Shown piece by piece: positions 55,442 through 63,366 of a stretch of DNA of 64,000 nucleotides; positions within the stretch are counted from its first letter, which is position 1, and each line of letters opens with the position of its first letter. The stretch spans positions 9,513 to 73,512 of the IMG/VR virus record IMGVR_UViG_3300035156_000198, one strand, 5' to 3'. Made by a program: the position numbers and the translations under genes. This DNA is from a virus. A model generated the notes under the pieces. That model saw only the letters and a program-made list of their open reading frames with translations. It was not told where the DNA came from and made no database searches.

Positions 55442-56026
55442 ATGTGCCAGGACTGCTACAAGCCACCACCGCGGCACTTCGCCCGCATGGTCGAGCCGCT
55501 GCGCGCGTGGCGGGTGCGCCGCAAGTTCGGGGACCGATCCCTGGACCTGCTGATGCTGGCCGTGGTGTGGCTGGTCGTCGGCTACATGATCACCGTCAAC
55601 GATCCCGAGCCCGACGTGAAGGTGCCGATCGAATACCTCGGCACCCCGGTGCGCATCGCCGTGTGGTGGATCGGCGCCGCCGCCGCCGCCATCGCGGCGT
55701 TCCGGGTGACCCGCTACGACCAGTGGGGGTTCGCTGCGCTGATGGTCGGGCCGCTGCTGCGCTGCCTGTCGTACACGTTCGCGTGGTTCACCGGCGTGGT
55801 CGCCGACCCGCTGCAACGGTGGTTCGGTGTCATGCCCGACGGGGACATCGGCATCTGGCCGGAGGCTGTCGTCTGGGCCGTCGTGTCCGGCATCGTCTAC
55901 CGCCTGGCCAAGCGGCCAGAGATCCCGTGCACCGATGAGCTGCGCGCCGGCCTCACCGCATCCCAGCTCGACACCCAACAGCTGACCCCGCGGCCGCCGT
56001 TGGGGCAACGTGACGGTGACCAATGA
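55442..56026 (+). CDS. Multi-pass membrane protein
   Basis: About four hydrophobic helices. Confidence 0.7.
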   Translation: MCQDCYKPPPRHFARMVEPLRAWRVRRKFGDRSLDLLMLAVVWLVVGYMITVNDPEPDVKVPIEYLGTPVRIAVWWIGAAAAAIAAFRVTRYDQWGFAALMVGPLLRCLSYTFAWFTGVVADPLQRWFGVMPDGDIGIWPEAVVWAVVSGIVYRLAKRPEIPCTDELRAGLTASQLDTQQLTPRPPLGQRDGDQ

Positions 56027-56457
56027 GTCCCGGCGACTGGGTAGAGGTCGTCGGCGGCATCCTGGTGGCCATCGGCGCCATCGGCGGCGCATGGGTCACC
56101 GCCCGCGCCGGCTCCCGAGCTGCTGACACCACCCGCGATGTCGGCCTGGCCACCGTCCAGGTCACCCGTGAGGGCGCCTTCATCGCCCAGCTGCAGGAAC
56201 GGCTGACCGCCGTGGAAACCGACGCGCTGGCCTGCGCCCAGCGCGTCGATGACATGCGCCGGGTGGTCTACAGCCTGCAGGACCGAAACGTCATTCTCGA
56301 GCGGGCCGAGCTCCGGTACCGCGAGCTGATCGGTCGGCTCCGCGACTTCGTGCGGCAGCTGCTCGCCGCCTGGCCCCGCGACGCGACACCACCGCCGCCG
56401 CCGCCGAGGGTGCCGGTCGGCCTGTTGGAGGACGCCGACCGCGACGCCGTGAAGTAA
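56023..56457 (+). CDS. Single-TM coiled-coil protein
   Basis: N-terminal TM, then a heptad-rich segment and a poly-Pro stretch. Confidence 0.7.
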   Translation: MSPGDWVEVVGGILVAIGAIGGAWVTARAGSRAADTTRDVGLATVQVTREGAFIAQLQERLTAVETDALACAQRVDDMRRVVYSLQDRNVILERAELRYRELIGRLRDFVRQLLAAWPRDATPPPPPPRVPVGLLEDADRDAVK

Positions 56458-56468
56458 CGTACGGACAC

Positions 56469-57014
56469 ATGACGCTGAACGCGCCGGCGCGCACGCTGGT
56501 CGGCCCCGGTGACGTGGTGTGCACCCGCAACCCGAAGGGGTGGCCGGCGAGGTTGATCCGGCTCGGCGCTGCGCTGAAGGACAAGCCGAACACCGTGAAC
56601 CACGTCATCGTCGTGCACCACCGCGACGACGCCGGCGTCATGTGGGGCATCGAGGGCCGGCCCGGTGGTGTCGGGTGGGTCGACATGCGCACCGCGATGG
56701 CCGGCGCGTACACCACCCACAACGCCGACCAGCCGAAGACCCCCGAGCAGCGCGTCCAGGTGTGCGAGGTCATCGCCGGCATGCTCGGCACCCCGTACGA
56801 CTGGGAAGGCATCGCCCTCATCGCCGCCGAGGCCGTCGGGGTTCAGCAGCTGTGGGCGTCGACCAGGTGGGGCACCGCGCCGCCGGCGCATGTGGTCTGC
56901 TCGGCGCTGGCCGACTGGGGCTACGAGCGTGTCGGGCTCCGGTCGCCGGCGCCGGACCGCACGTGCGCGCCGTGGGACTGGGACGCGTTCAATCGTGAGA
57001 GGCTTTGGGCATGA
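56469..57014 (+). CDS. Permuted papain-like NlpC/P60 (YiiX/YebB-like) hydrolase
   Basis: PGDVV, NHVIV (His), GTPYDW, VCSAL (Cys after His, the permuted order). Confidence 0.75.
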   Translation: MTLNAPARTLVGPGDVVCTRNPKGWPARLIRLGAALKDKPNTVNHVIVVHHRDDAGVMWGIEGRPGGVGWVDMRTAMAGAYTTHNADQPKTPEQRVQVCEVIAGMLGTPYDWEGIALIAAEAVGVQQLWASTRWGTAPPAHVVCSALADWGYERVGLRSPAPDRTCAPWDWDAFNRERLWA

Positions 57015-57397
57015 CCACCTATGCCGCGGTGCATCTGGCCTGTGACCAGGCCAAGGTGCGCCGGGCGGCCCGCCTGGTCGGCGACCAGCTGGAAGCCGAG
57101 CGGCTGGCGCGCATCGCCGCCCGCGACGCCGCCAAGCCGCCGGCAGCTGCAGCTCGGCCGCCGGCGGCTCGACCCGCCAAGCGTGAGCCCGTCACTGCCC
57201 GTAGCCCCCGACCGGTCGAGGACACCACCAGGTGCACGTTCCTCGGCTGCCCGGCCCCGCCGGTCAGCAAGGTGAAGCCGCACTACGGCCGACCCTGGTT
57301 CGGCTGCAAGGCCCACGCGCCGGCGATGGCTGACGCCCTGAGCATCGGTCAGTCGCCCGAGCGCGGCGCCAAGGTCGTCCCCCTGCCCACCGCGTAA
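57011..57397 (+). CDS. Hypothetical protein
   Basis: ATGA coupling; C-terminal CTFLGC...C.AH. Confidence 0.55.
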   Translation: MTTYAAVHLACDQAKVRRAARLVGDQLEAERLARIAARDAAKPPAAAARPPAARPAKREPVTARSPRPVEDTTRCTFLGCPAPPVSKVKPHYGRPWFGCKAHAPAMADALSIGQSPERGAKVVPLPTA

Positions 57398-57425
57398 CCC
57401 AACCCACCACCAGGAAGGCACCAGC

Positions 57426-57839
57426 ATGGCCAAGGACCCGAGCAAGGAAACCCCCGAGGGCGCCGAGCAGCCGCCCAGCGCGAACGACGGGCCAGCCGCC
57501 CGCGACGAGTCACCCACCGAGGGCGGCAAGCCTGACGCGGCCGCGGCCAAGGGCGCGGTGTACCTGCCGACGCTGCCCGACGGGTGGAGCTACGCGCTGC
57601 GCGTGCAGGGCGACGGCAAGGAGGTGTCCGGGGAGGTCGTCATCGGCGGCGACGGTCGGTTCGTGGCTCGGTTCGACACCCCCGACGGGCGCCGCGAGCA
57701 GCCGCACCCGTCGTTCGGTGACGCGGCGAAGTCGCTGGCCGAGGGCATCAAGGCGCTGGACAAGGTGCAGCGCGACGAGGCCAAGCTGATCGAGGCCCGG
57801 GAGACGGCGCTGGCCCGGCTTGGCCCGGCCGGCCGCTGA
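57426..57839 (+). CDS. Hypothetical protein
   Basis: RBS GGAAGG. Confidence 0.6.
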   Translation: MAKDPSKETPEGAEQPPSANDGPAARDESPTEGGKPDAAAAKGAVYLPTLPDGWSYALRVQGDGKEVSGEVVIGGDGRFVARFDTPDGRREQPHPSFGDAAKSLAEGIKALDKVQRDEAKLIEARETALARLGPAGR

Positions 57840-57841
57840 CG

Positions 57842-57988
57842 GTGCTGCACGTGGTCGTGTCCTGGTCGTGTGTCTCCCAGTGCGGTGAGCACGGCCAGGG
57901 CCCGACCGCCGACAAGGACGCCGAGCGGCACACCACCAAGGTCGGCCACGCGACTGTCACCAGCGCGACGCCGGCTCCGCGGCCGTGA
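57842..57988 (+). CDS. 48-aa putative zinc-binding peptide (not in ORF track)
   Basis: WSCVSQCGEHG...AERHTTKVGH. Confidence 0.4.
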   Translation: MLHVVVSWSCVSQCGEHGQGPTADKDAERHTTKVGHATVTSATPAPRP

Positions 57989-58150
57989 CCGACCCGGCCT
58001 GGCGGGCGAGGGTGCGGCGGGCGGCGCTATGGGGGCCGTGGGCCTGGCAGGCCACGGTGCGGCATGGCCGCGTCGAGCTGGGGCATGTGTCGGCCTGGTC
58101 GCTGGCCGGCGTGGCGCGCAAGGCCCGCCGGGTGCCGCGTCACCGCCGCC

Positions 58151-58200
58151 CGGTCTAGACCAGAACTTGCGTGGCCTAGGGCCCCTGATATAGTAGCGGC
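58151..58200 (+). promoter_or_regulatory. CGGTCTAGACCA box plus leaderless promoter TTGCGT-N16-TATAGT
   Basis: Box at 58151-58162; -35 at 58167; -10 at 58189; ATG at 58201. Confidence 0.7.
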
Positions 58201-58572
58201 ATGACGACGACCACCACCGCCCCCCGCACCCTGACCATCGGCTGGACCATGAGCGACCGGGCCACCGGCTACAGCTCGTTCAGCGACGGCTACCGGCCCG
58301 GCGCCCAGCAGCACACCGAGACAGTCACCGTCGAGGCCCCCGCCGACTGGTCGCTGGCCCAGCTCGCCGAGGCCGTCTACGTGGCCACCAACGCCCCCGA
58401 CGCCTCGATGATGAGCGGGGTCGCCCTGGCCATCAACGCCGCGATTGACGACAACGGCTACTACGGCCGCGAGGCCGGCCACTACAGCCTGTCGGTCGGC
58501 GACACCGTGACCCTCGACGGCGACACCGTGGCCGTCGACCGCCTCGGCTGGAAGCCCGTCACCATCTGCTGA
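58201..58572 (+). CDS. Hypothetical early protein, leaderless
   Basis: 123 aa; C-terminal SLSVGDTV.LDG...AVDRLGW. Confidence 0.7.
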   Translation: MTTTTTAPRTLTIGWTMSDRATGYSSFSDGYRPGAQQHTETVTVEAPADWSLAQLAEAVYVATNAPDASMMSGVALAINAAIDDNGYYGREAGHYSLSVGDTVTLDGDTVAVDRLGWKPVTIC

Positions 58573-58596
58573 CCCACCGACCACCGCACCGCTCGC

Positions 58597-58631
58597 AAAG
58601 GGCCCCGCACCGACCAGGTGCGGGGCCCTTT
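58597..58631. terminator. Bidirectional-type hairpin terminator
   Basis: 15-bp perfect stem aaagggccccgcacc / ggtgcggggcccttt. Confidence 0.75.
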
Positions 58632-58662
58632 GGCATGCCCGGCCGGCGCGCGCTGGGCCTTG

Positions 58663-58686
58663 CATGTTTGTGCATGCACAAACATG
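58663..58686. repeat. Perfect 24-bp palindrome CATGTTTGTGCATGCACAAACATG
   Basis: Exact reverse-complement symmetry with no loop. Confidence 0.85.
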
Positions 58687-58788
58687 AGGGGCACAAAGTC
58701 CCCCGTTTGCCTGACGGGAAGTAAAAACGTCTTTAGCGTTGCGGTTGATCGAGCGACCCCCGCTCGACCGACACAACAGGAGACACAC

Positions 58789-59319
58789 GTGCCCATCACC
58801 ACCACCATGCGCCGGCTCGCCGGCGTCGCCACCGTCGTCGCCCTCGGCGCCGGCGTCACCACCGGCGCGGCCGCCGCGGCCCCGACCGTCGACCGGCCCA
58901 CCGTCACCGAGCGCACCGCCGCCGCGGCGATCCCGCCGCCCGGCGACGGGCCCACCAAGGTGCGCAAGGTCGTGCGCTACGACCGGGTGAACCTCAAGGG
59001 CCCCGACGGGCCGCGCATCAAGTTCACGACGTACTACCGGCCAGCCGCCGGCCGCACCGGCGTCCGGGTGATCCGCGAGACGATCAGCGGCCCATGCGCC
59101 AAGCTGCACCGGTTCGCGTTCGAGGGCATCCGGGTGCACATGCCCGCCGGTGTCGTCGGTCACCGCCTGGCCCGCATCACCTACGGCGATTGCTTCACCA
59201 CCAAGGCCGTGAACCTGCGGAGCAAGCGCAACGCCGTGCGCGTCACCGCCCAGACCTCCGCCACCACCAAGGGCATGCGCACCGGCGTGGCCCGGGTGGC
59301 CATGACTCTGCGCCGGTGA
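58789..59319 (+). CDS. Secreted protein with signal peptide
   Basis: MRRLAGVATVVALGAGVTTGAAAA-AP; basic, beta-rich mature part with two Cys; RBS AGGAG. Confidence 0.7.
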   Translation: MPITTTMRRLAGVATVVALGAGVTTGAAAAAPTVDRPTVTERTAAAAIPPPGDGPTKVRKVVRYDRVNLKGPDGPRIKFTTYYRPAAGRTGVRVIRETISGPCAKLHRFAFEGIRVHMPAGVVGHRLARITYGDCFTTKAVNLRSKRNAVRVTAQTSATTKGMRTGVARVAMTLRR

Positions 59320-59351
59320 CCTGAGTGTCGGCCCTGACCGGCTGACGCATC

Positions 59352-59393
59352 GAGGGCCCCCGCCACGCCGACCAGGCGCGACGGGGGCCCTTC
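59352..59393 (+). terminator. Hairpin terminator
   Basis: gagggcccccg / cgggggcccttc. Confidence 0.55.
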
Positions 59394-59499
59394 TGGCGCC
59401 CGGGGCCGATAGCCTCGCCGGCGTGGTGGTGGCGGCTACGCCAACGGCGACTCCCCTGGCCGCTGCCGCCACCTGACCACCACCCACGGAGGCACCCCC

Positions 59500-59661
59500 A
59501 TGGCCACCAGCAAGCGGTACACCATCGACGTGGACGGTGAGCCCGCCACCGCGACGTTCGACCATGACCCGACCGACGAGGACATCGAGGCTTTCTGCAA
59601 CCTCATCCGCAAGCTGCGCCGCAAGGGCAACGACATCACCGGCCCGGCCACCCGCGGCTGA
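59500..59661 (+). CDS. 53-aa hypothetical protein (not in ORF track)
   Basis: GGAGG RBS after a CAC-rich leader. Confidence 0.55.
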   Translation: MATSKRYTIDVDGEPATATFDHDPTDEDIEAFCNLIRKLRRKGNDITGPATRG

Positions 59662-59740
59662 CCCCGGAGGGTTCGATCTCCGGGCTCGAGGATGCCCGGC
59701 CAGCCCGTCGCACCGGCGGCCACCTGGTCGACGGGAGGCC

Positions 59741-59757
59741 GTCAACGATCCATTGAC
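59741..59757. promoter_or_regulatory. GTCAA-N7-TTGAC palindromic operator, copy 5 of 5
   Basis: GTCAAcgatccaTTGAC upstream of the ParB-TET cluster. Confidence 0.55.
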
Positions 59758-59859
59758 AGCCGCCCGCCGCGGACTCGACGCCCGGGCCGACGCACCGGCG
59801 GCACCGGCCGCGAACGTCTCCGGGGCGCACGACGGCTCGGCGCGGGTATCGTCCCCCGT

Positions 59860-60609
59860 GTGAAAACCGTCGCCCAGACCTACGCCACCGTCCCCGTCGA
59901 CAACCTCACCCCTCACCCCGACAACCCCCGCACCGGGAACGTCGAGGTCATCACCGAGTCAGTCGACGCCAACGGCTTCTACGGTGCGGTGCTGGTGCAG
60001 AAGTCCAGCTCGATGATCGTGGCCGGCGCCCACCGGTGGCAGGCCGCCAAGGCCGCCGGCGCCGCCGAGCTGCCGGTGATCCTGCTGGACGTGGACGACG
60101 CCACCGCCCGGCGCATCGTGCTCGCCGACAACCGCACCAGCGACCTCGCCGGCTACGACTCCAAGGCGCTGACCGAGTGGCTGGCCACCGTCGCCGACGA
60201 CGCCGGCGGCCTGGCCGGCACCGGGTTCAGCGACGACGACTTCGCCGACATGCGCGCCGAGCTCGAAAAGGCATCGTTCGACCCGAGCAAGTACGCCGAC
60301 ACCGAGCCGACCGCCGAGGACCGCGCCGCGGTCGCCGCTGCAGCTGCAGCCGAGGGTGACGACGTGGACCCCGCCGCGAAAGCCGAGCTGGCCCGGTGGA
60401 CCAAGGACGCCGAACGGCTCGACGCGACCCGCCGGCTGCTGGTCATCGACCTGCCCGTGGATCGGTTCGTGTGGGCCGTCGACCAGCTGCGCATCGTGTG
60501 CGAGCGCGAGGGCCTCGCCACGAACGCCGACGCCGTGCTGGCCCTCATCGCCGACTACACCGACACCCCGATCCCGCGGGACCCGACCAAGCGCGGCGCC
60601 GGTGGCTGA
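59860..60609 (+). CDS. ParB/Srx N-terminal domain protein
   Basis: VPVDNLTPHPDNPR...SVDANGFYGAVLV...IVAGAHRWQAAK...LADNRTSDLA. -10 TATCGT 7 nt before the GTG. Confidence 0.85.
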   Translation: MKTVAQTYATVPVDNLTPHPDNPRTGNVEVITESVDANGFYGAVLVQKSSSMIVAGAHRWQAAKAAGAAELPVILLDVDDATARRIVLADNRTSDLAGYDSKALTEWLATVADDAGGLAGTGFSDDDFADMRAELEKASFDPSKYADTEPTAEDRAAVAAAAAAEGDDVDPAAKAELARWTKDAERLDATRRLLVIDLPVDRFVWAVDQLRIVCEREGLATNADAVLALIADYTDTPIPRDPTKRGAGG

Positions 60610-61000
60610 CGTGTTCACGCCGCCGGGCCTGGCCGAGCTGGTCGACCAGGTGACCTACAAGCCTCGGTGGCTGGTCGCCCTGGTCGACGCCGGCGAGCCC
60701 GACGGGTCGGGCGGTCTGGCGCTGCAAATCGTCTCCGACACCGAGGACTCGATGCAGCCCGGGCAACGCACCCGGGTGCGGCACCGGTTCCTGGTGCCGC
60801 CGGCGACCTACAACCGCGACACGTGGGCGGCGTGGCTGTTCGACCGGTTCCGCGATGTCGAGTCCCACGAGGCCGCCGAGTTCTTCCGCATCGACGGCCT
60901 ACGCGAGTTCGCGCCGCACCACTCCAACGGCGAGGACCCCTACCGCGTGTGGCACGTCGGCGACTACGCGACGGCCAGGAAGCGCGCCGGCGATGACTGA
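60602..61000 (+). CDS. Hypothetical protein
   Basis: VTYKPRW...WLFDRFRDVESHEAAEFF...FAPHH. Confidence 0.65.
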   Translation: MADVFTPPGLAELVDQVTYKPRWLVALVDAGEPDGSGGLALQIVSDTEDSMQPGQRTRVRHRFLVPPATYNRDTWAAWLFDRFRDVESHEAAEFFRIDGLREFAPHHSNGEDPYRVWHVGDYATARKRAGDD

Positions 61001-61169
61001 GCACCCGGCCGTAACGCTGCACGGCTCCCTCGACCACGCCGAGGCCGCCGCCTGGTGGTACGAGCGTGCGATGGAGTCGGCCCGCGAGGCCAACGCGCTG
61101 CGCGCCGAGCTGGCAGCGGCACAACGCCGGCGAGGCCTCCGCGGCCTGGTGGGTCGACGCCGCCGATGA
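60993..61169 (+). CDS. Hypothetical coiled-coil peptide
   Basis: 58 aa; overlaps both neighbours. Confidence 0.5.
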   Translation: MTEHPAVTLHGSLDHAEAAAWWYERAMESAREANALRAELAAAQRRRGLRGLVGRRRR

Positions 61170-62038
61170 CCGAGCACGTGCACCACGCACCCCGCGCGCT
61201 GCCACCTGACGACGCTTCGCTGCTGGTCGGCACCCTGGTCGACCGACCCATGGACCCGTCGTTCAAGTCACCCCGCGACGGCGACCACGTGCGCGTGCTC
61301 GACGGCCGAGGGCAGACCCTCGCCCTGGTCACCCGCCTGACACCCGAGCACCGGGCCCGGCTGCGCGACCTGGTGACCGGCATGCGGTTCGGTCAAGACG
61401 TGGGCCGCATCGGCCGCGGCATGTCTCAGGTCGGCGCCGTGTTCGGGTACTCACCGCCGAAGGTCATGGCCCGCCTGGAAGGGTGCCGGTCCACCACGTT
61501 CGGCCGTGACCACCCCGAGGGTCAGCAGCTGCTGACCGAGATAGCCGACCAGCTCGCCGCCGACTTCGCCGAGCTGATGCCCGACCAGGCCGCCCACGAC
61601 CACGACACCATCGACGCCTCGGTGCTCACCGACTGGCGCATGGGCGAGTCCAGCTGGACCAGCGGTGTCATCAACCAGGCCAACCTGTTGCCCTACCACC
61701 GCGACGGGAACAACCTCGATACCTGGTCGGCGATGCCGACCATCAGGCTCGGCATGGACGGCGGCCGGCTGCACCTGCCCGAGTACGACCTAGTGCTGCC
61801 GTGCGGCGACGGCGACGTGACCTGGTTCTACGGCAAGGGCCTGGTCCACGGGGTGACCCCGATGACCCGCCGCCGCCCTGACGCCTACCGCTACAGCCTG
61901 GTGTTCTACGCGCTCAAGGGGATGGTGAACTGCGCGACGTACGCCGAGGAAACCAAGCGCGCGCACGCCCGCCGCACCGCCCGCGAACGCGCCGAGACTG
62001 ACCGCATCCGAGACAAGCTGGCGCTCCCGCCGGCATGA
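61166..62038 (+). CDS. TET/JBP-family 2-oxoglutarate/Fe(II) dioxygenase
   Basis: WTSGVINQANLLPYHRDGNN (HxD), GGRLHLPEY, LVHGVTPM (distal His), RYSLVFY (2OG-binding Arg). Confidence 0.88.
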   Translation: MTEHVHHAPRALPPDDASLLVGTLVDRPMDPSFKSPRDGDHVRVLDGRGQTLALVTRLTPEHRARLRDLVTGMRFGQDVGRIGRGMSQVGAVFGYSPPKVMARLEGCRSTTFGRDHPEGQQLLTEIADQLAADFAELMPDQAAHDHDTIDASVLTDWRMGESSWTSGVINQANLLPYHRDGNNLDTWSAMPTIRLGMDGGRLHLPEYDLVLPCGDGDVTWFYGKGLVHGVTPMTRRRPDAYRYSLVFYALKGMVNCATYAEETKRAHARRTARERAETDRIRDKLALPPA

Positions 62039-62045
62039 TGGCGCC

Positions 62046-62267
62046 ATGACCGCCACCCCCGACACCACCGCCCCAACCCGGCCCGAGGGCGTCGAGCTGC
62101 ACCACGCCGACGGCACCGTCACCCTGTGCGAGCTGGCCTACGTCGGTGTCCGCGACGGCTCGCACATCTGGTCGGTGCTGGCCGTGGCCCGCGCCGGCGA
62201 CCAGCTGCACATCGCGGTGCTGCCCGGGCACACCGGCCTGACCTTCAACGCCGCGCTGCTCGACTGA
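62046..62267 (+). CDS. Hypothetical protein
   Basis: 73 aa. Confidence 0.55.
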   Translation: MTATPDTTAPTRPEGVELHHADGTVTLCELAYVGVRDGSHIWSVLAVARAGDQLHIAVLPGHTGLTFNAALLD

Positions 62268-62298
62268 CCACAACCTCGCATGCGCTAGGCTTGCGTGC

Positions 62299-62565
62299 AT
62301 GGCCACCGTTGCGAACACCCGCCGCCCCCGACGCGACCCCGACTGGACGATCAACCGCCCCACCGACGGCGAGCTGGTCGAGGTCTGGACCTACACCCGC
62401 TCCCGCCGGTCCCGTGATCGAGTCATCGACGGCACCCCCGTCTACGGCACCATCGCCGCCGTCGCCGGCGCCATCACCCACGTGTCGCCCTGCTCGGCGC
62501 GCACACCCGACGCCGCCCTGAACGCCGTCAAGCGCATGTTCGGCGAGGCACCCGCGACCAGCTGA
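62299..62565 (+). CDS. Hypothetical protein, leaderless
   Basis: -10 TAGGCT at 62286-62291, ATG 7 nt later. Confidence 0.55.
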   Translation: MATVANTRRPRRDPDWTINRPTDGELVEVWTYTRSRRSRDRVIDGTPVYGTIAAVAGAITHVSPCSARTPDAALNAVKRMFGEAPATS

Positions 62566-62574
62566 CCCTGTACC

Positions 62575-63366
62575 GTGCGGACCGTGGCCCGTCCGTACAC
62601 CATCGCTGTCCCGTCGAGCAACCGCGCCACCACGTTCCGCGACAAGACCCTGGCCGTACTCATCGCCGGCGGTGTCGACCCCGCCCGCGTCACCGTGTGG
62701 GTGCCCGACCACGACCAGGCCGAGCACTACGACAAGGTGCTCGGCGGCACCGTGCACATCAGGGCCGGCCACGGCCGCGGCGTGCGCCAAGCCCGCAACG
62801 CGATTGCCACCGGCTACCCCACCGGCACCGACCTGGTGTGCCTCGATGACGACATCGCCGGCTTCTACCAGTGCATTGATCGCGAGCAACCCATCGTCCC
62901 GATGACCGACCTCCACGGCTTCATAACCCGCGCAATCGACACCGCCGACGGACACCTGTGGTGCGTCTACCCCGTGGCGAACGCCTACTTCATGCACCCG
63001 ACCCGGGTGCGACGCGGCGGCCTGTGGTACGCCGAGGGCGCCGTCATGGGATGGCGCGTCACCCGCGACTACGACCGCGAGCTGGTCACCCTGGACGACA
63101 AAGAGGACTTCGAGCGGTCATGCCGGTTCTACCTCACCGACGGCGAGGTCGTGCGCTTCGACAGCATCACGTTCAAGAGCCGGTTCTACAAGGAACCCGG
63201 CGGGATGCAGGACTACCGCACCGCCGAGTCGGTCAAGGTCGGCGCGCTGCGCCTGGCCGCGATGTACCCCGACCTGGCCACCGCCTACCGGGCCCGATCC
63301 GGCTGGTGGGAAGTCAGGTTGCGCGACCGCCGCCGCACCCGCCGCCCAGCTCGGGCCACGACATGA
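62575..63366 (+). CDS. GT-A fold glycosyltransferase (TET-associated, TAGT/GREB1-like)
   Basis: IAVPSSNRA, RQARNAI, LVCLDDDI (DxD), DKEDFERS, VVRFD, EPGGMQ. The true start may be the GTG at 62584. Confidence 0.8.
   Translation: MRTVARPYTIAVPSSNRATTFRDKTLAVLIAGGVDPARVTVWVPDHDQAEHYDKVLGGTVHIRAGHGRGVRQARNAIATGYPTGTDLVCLDDDIAGFYQCIDREQPIVPMTDLHGFITRAIDTADGHLWCVYPVANAYFMHPTRVRRGGLWYAEGAVMGWRVTRDYDRELVTLDDKEDFERSCRFYLTDGEVVRFDSITFKSRFYKEPGGMQDYRTAESVKVGALRLAAMYPDLATAYRARSGWWEVRLRDRRRTRRPARATT

Noticed and set aside
58660-58780. Possible c-di-GMP (GEMM) riboswitch
   Set aside because: GCACAAA resembles part of the motif, but the GAAA-loop stem and GACGCAAAGC core are missing. An Infernal/Rfam scan would settle it.
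59860-60609. ParABS partition system
   Set aside because: Only the ParB/Srx N-terminal domain is recognisable; no ParA and no HTH. Its context is DNA modification.
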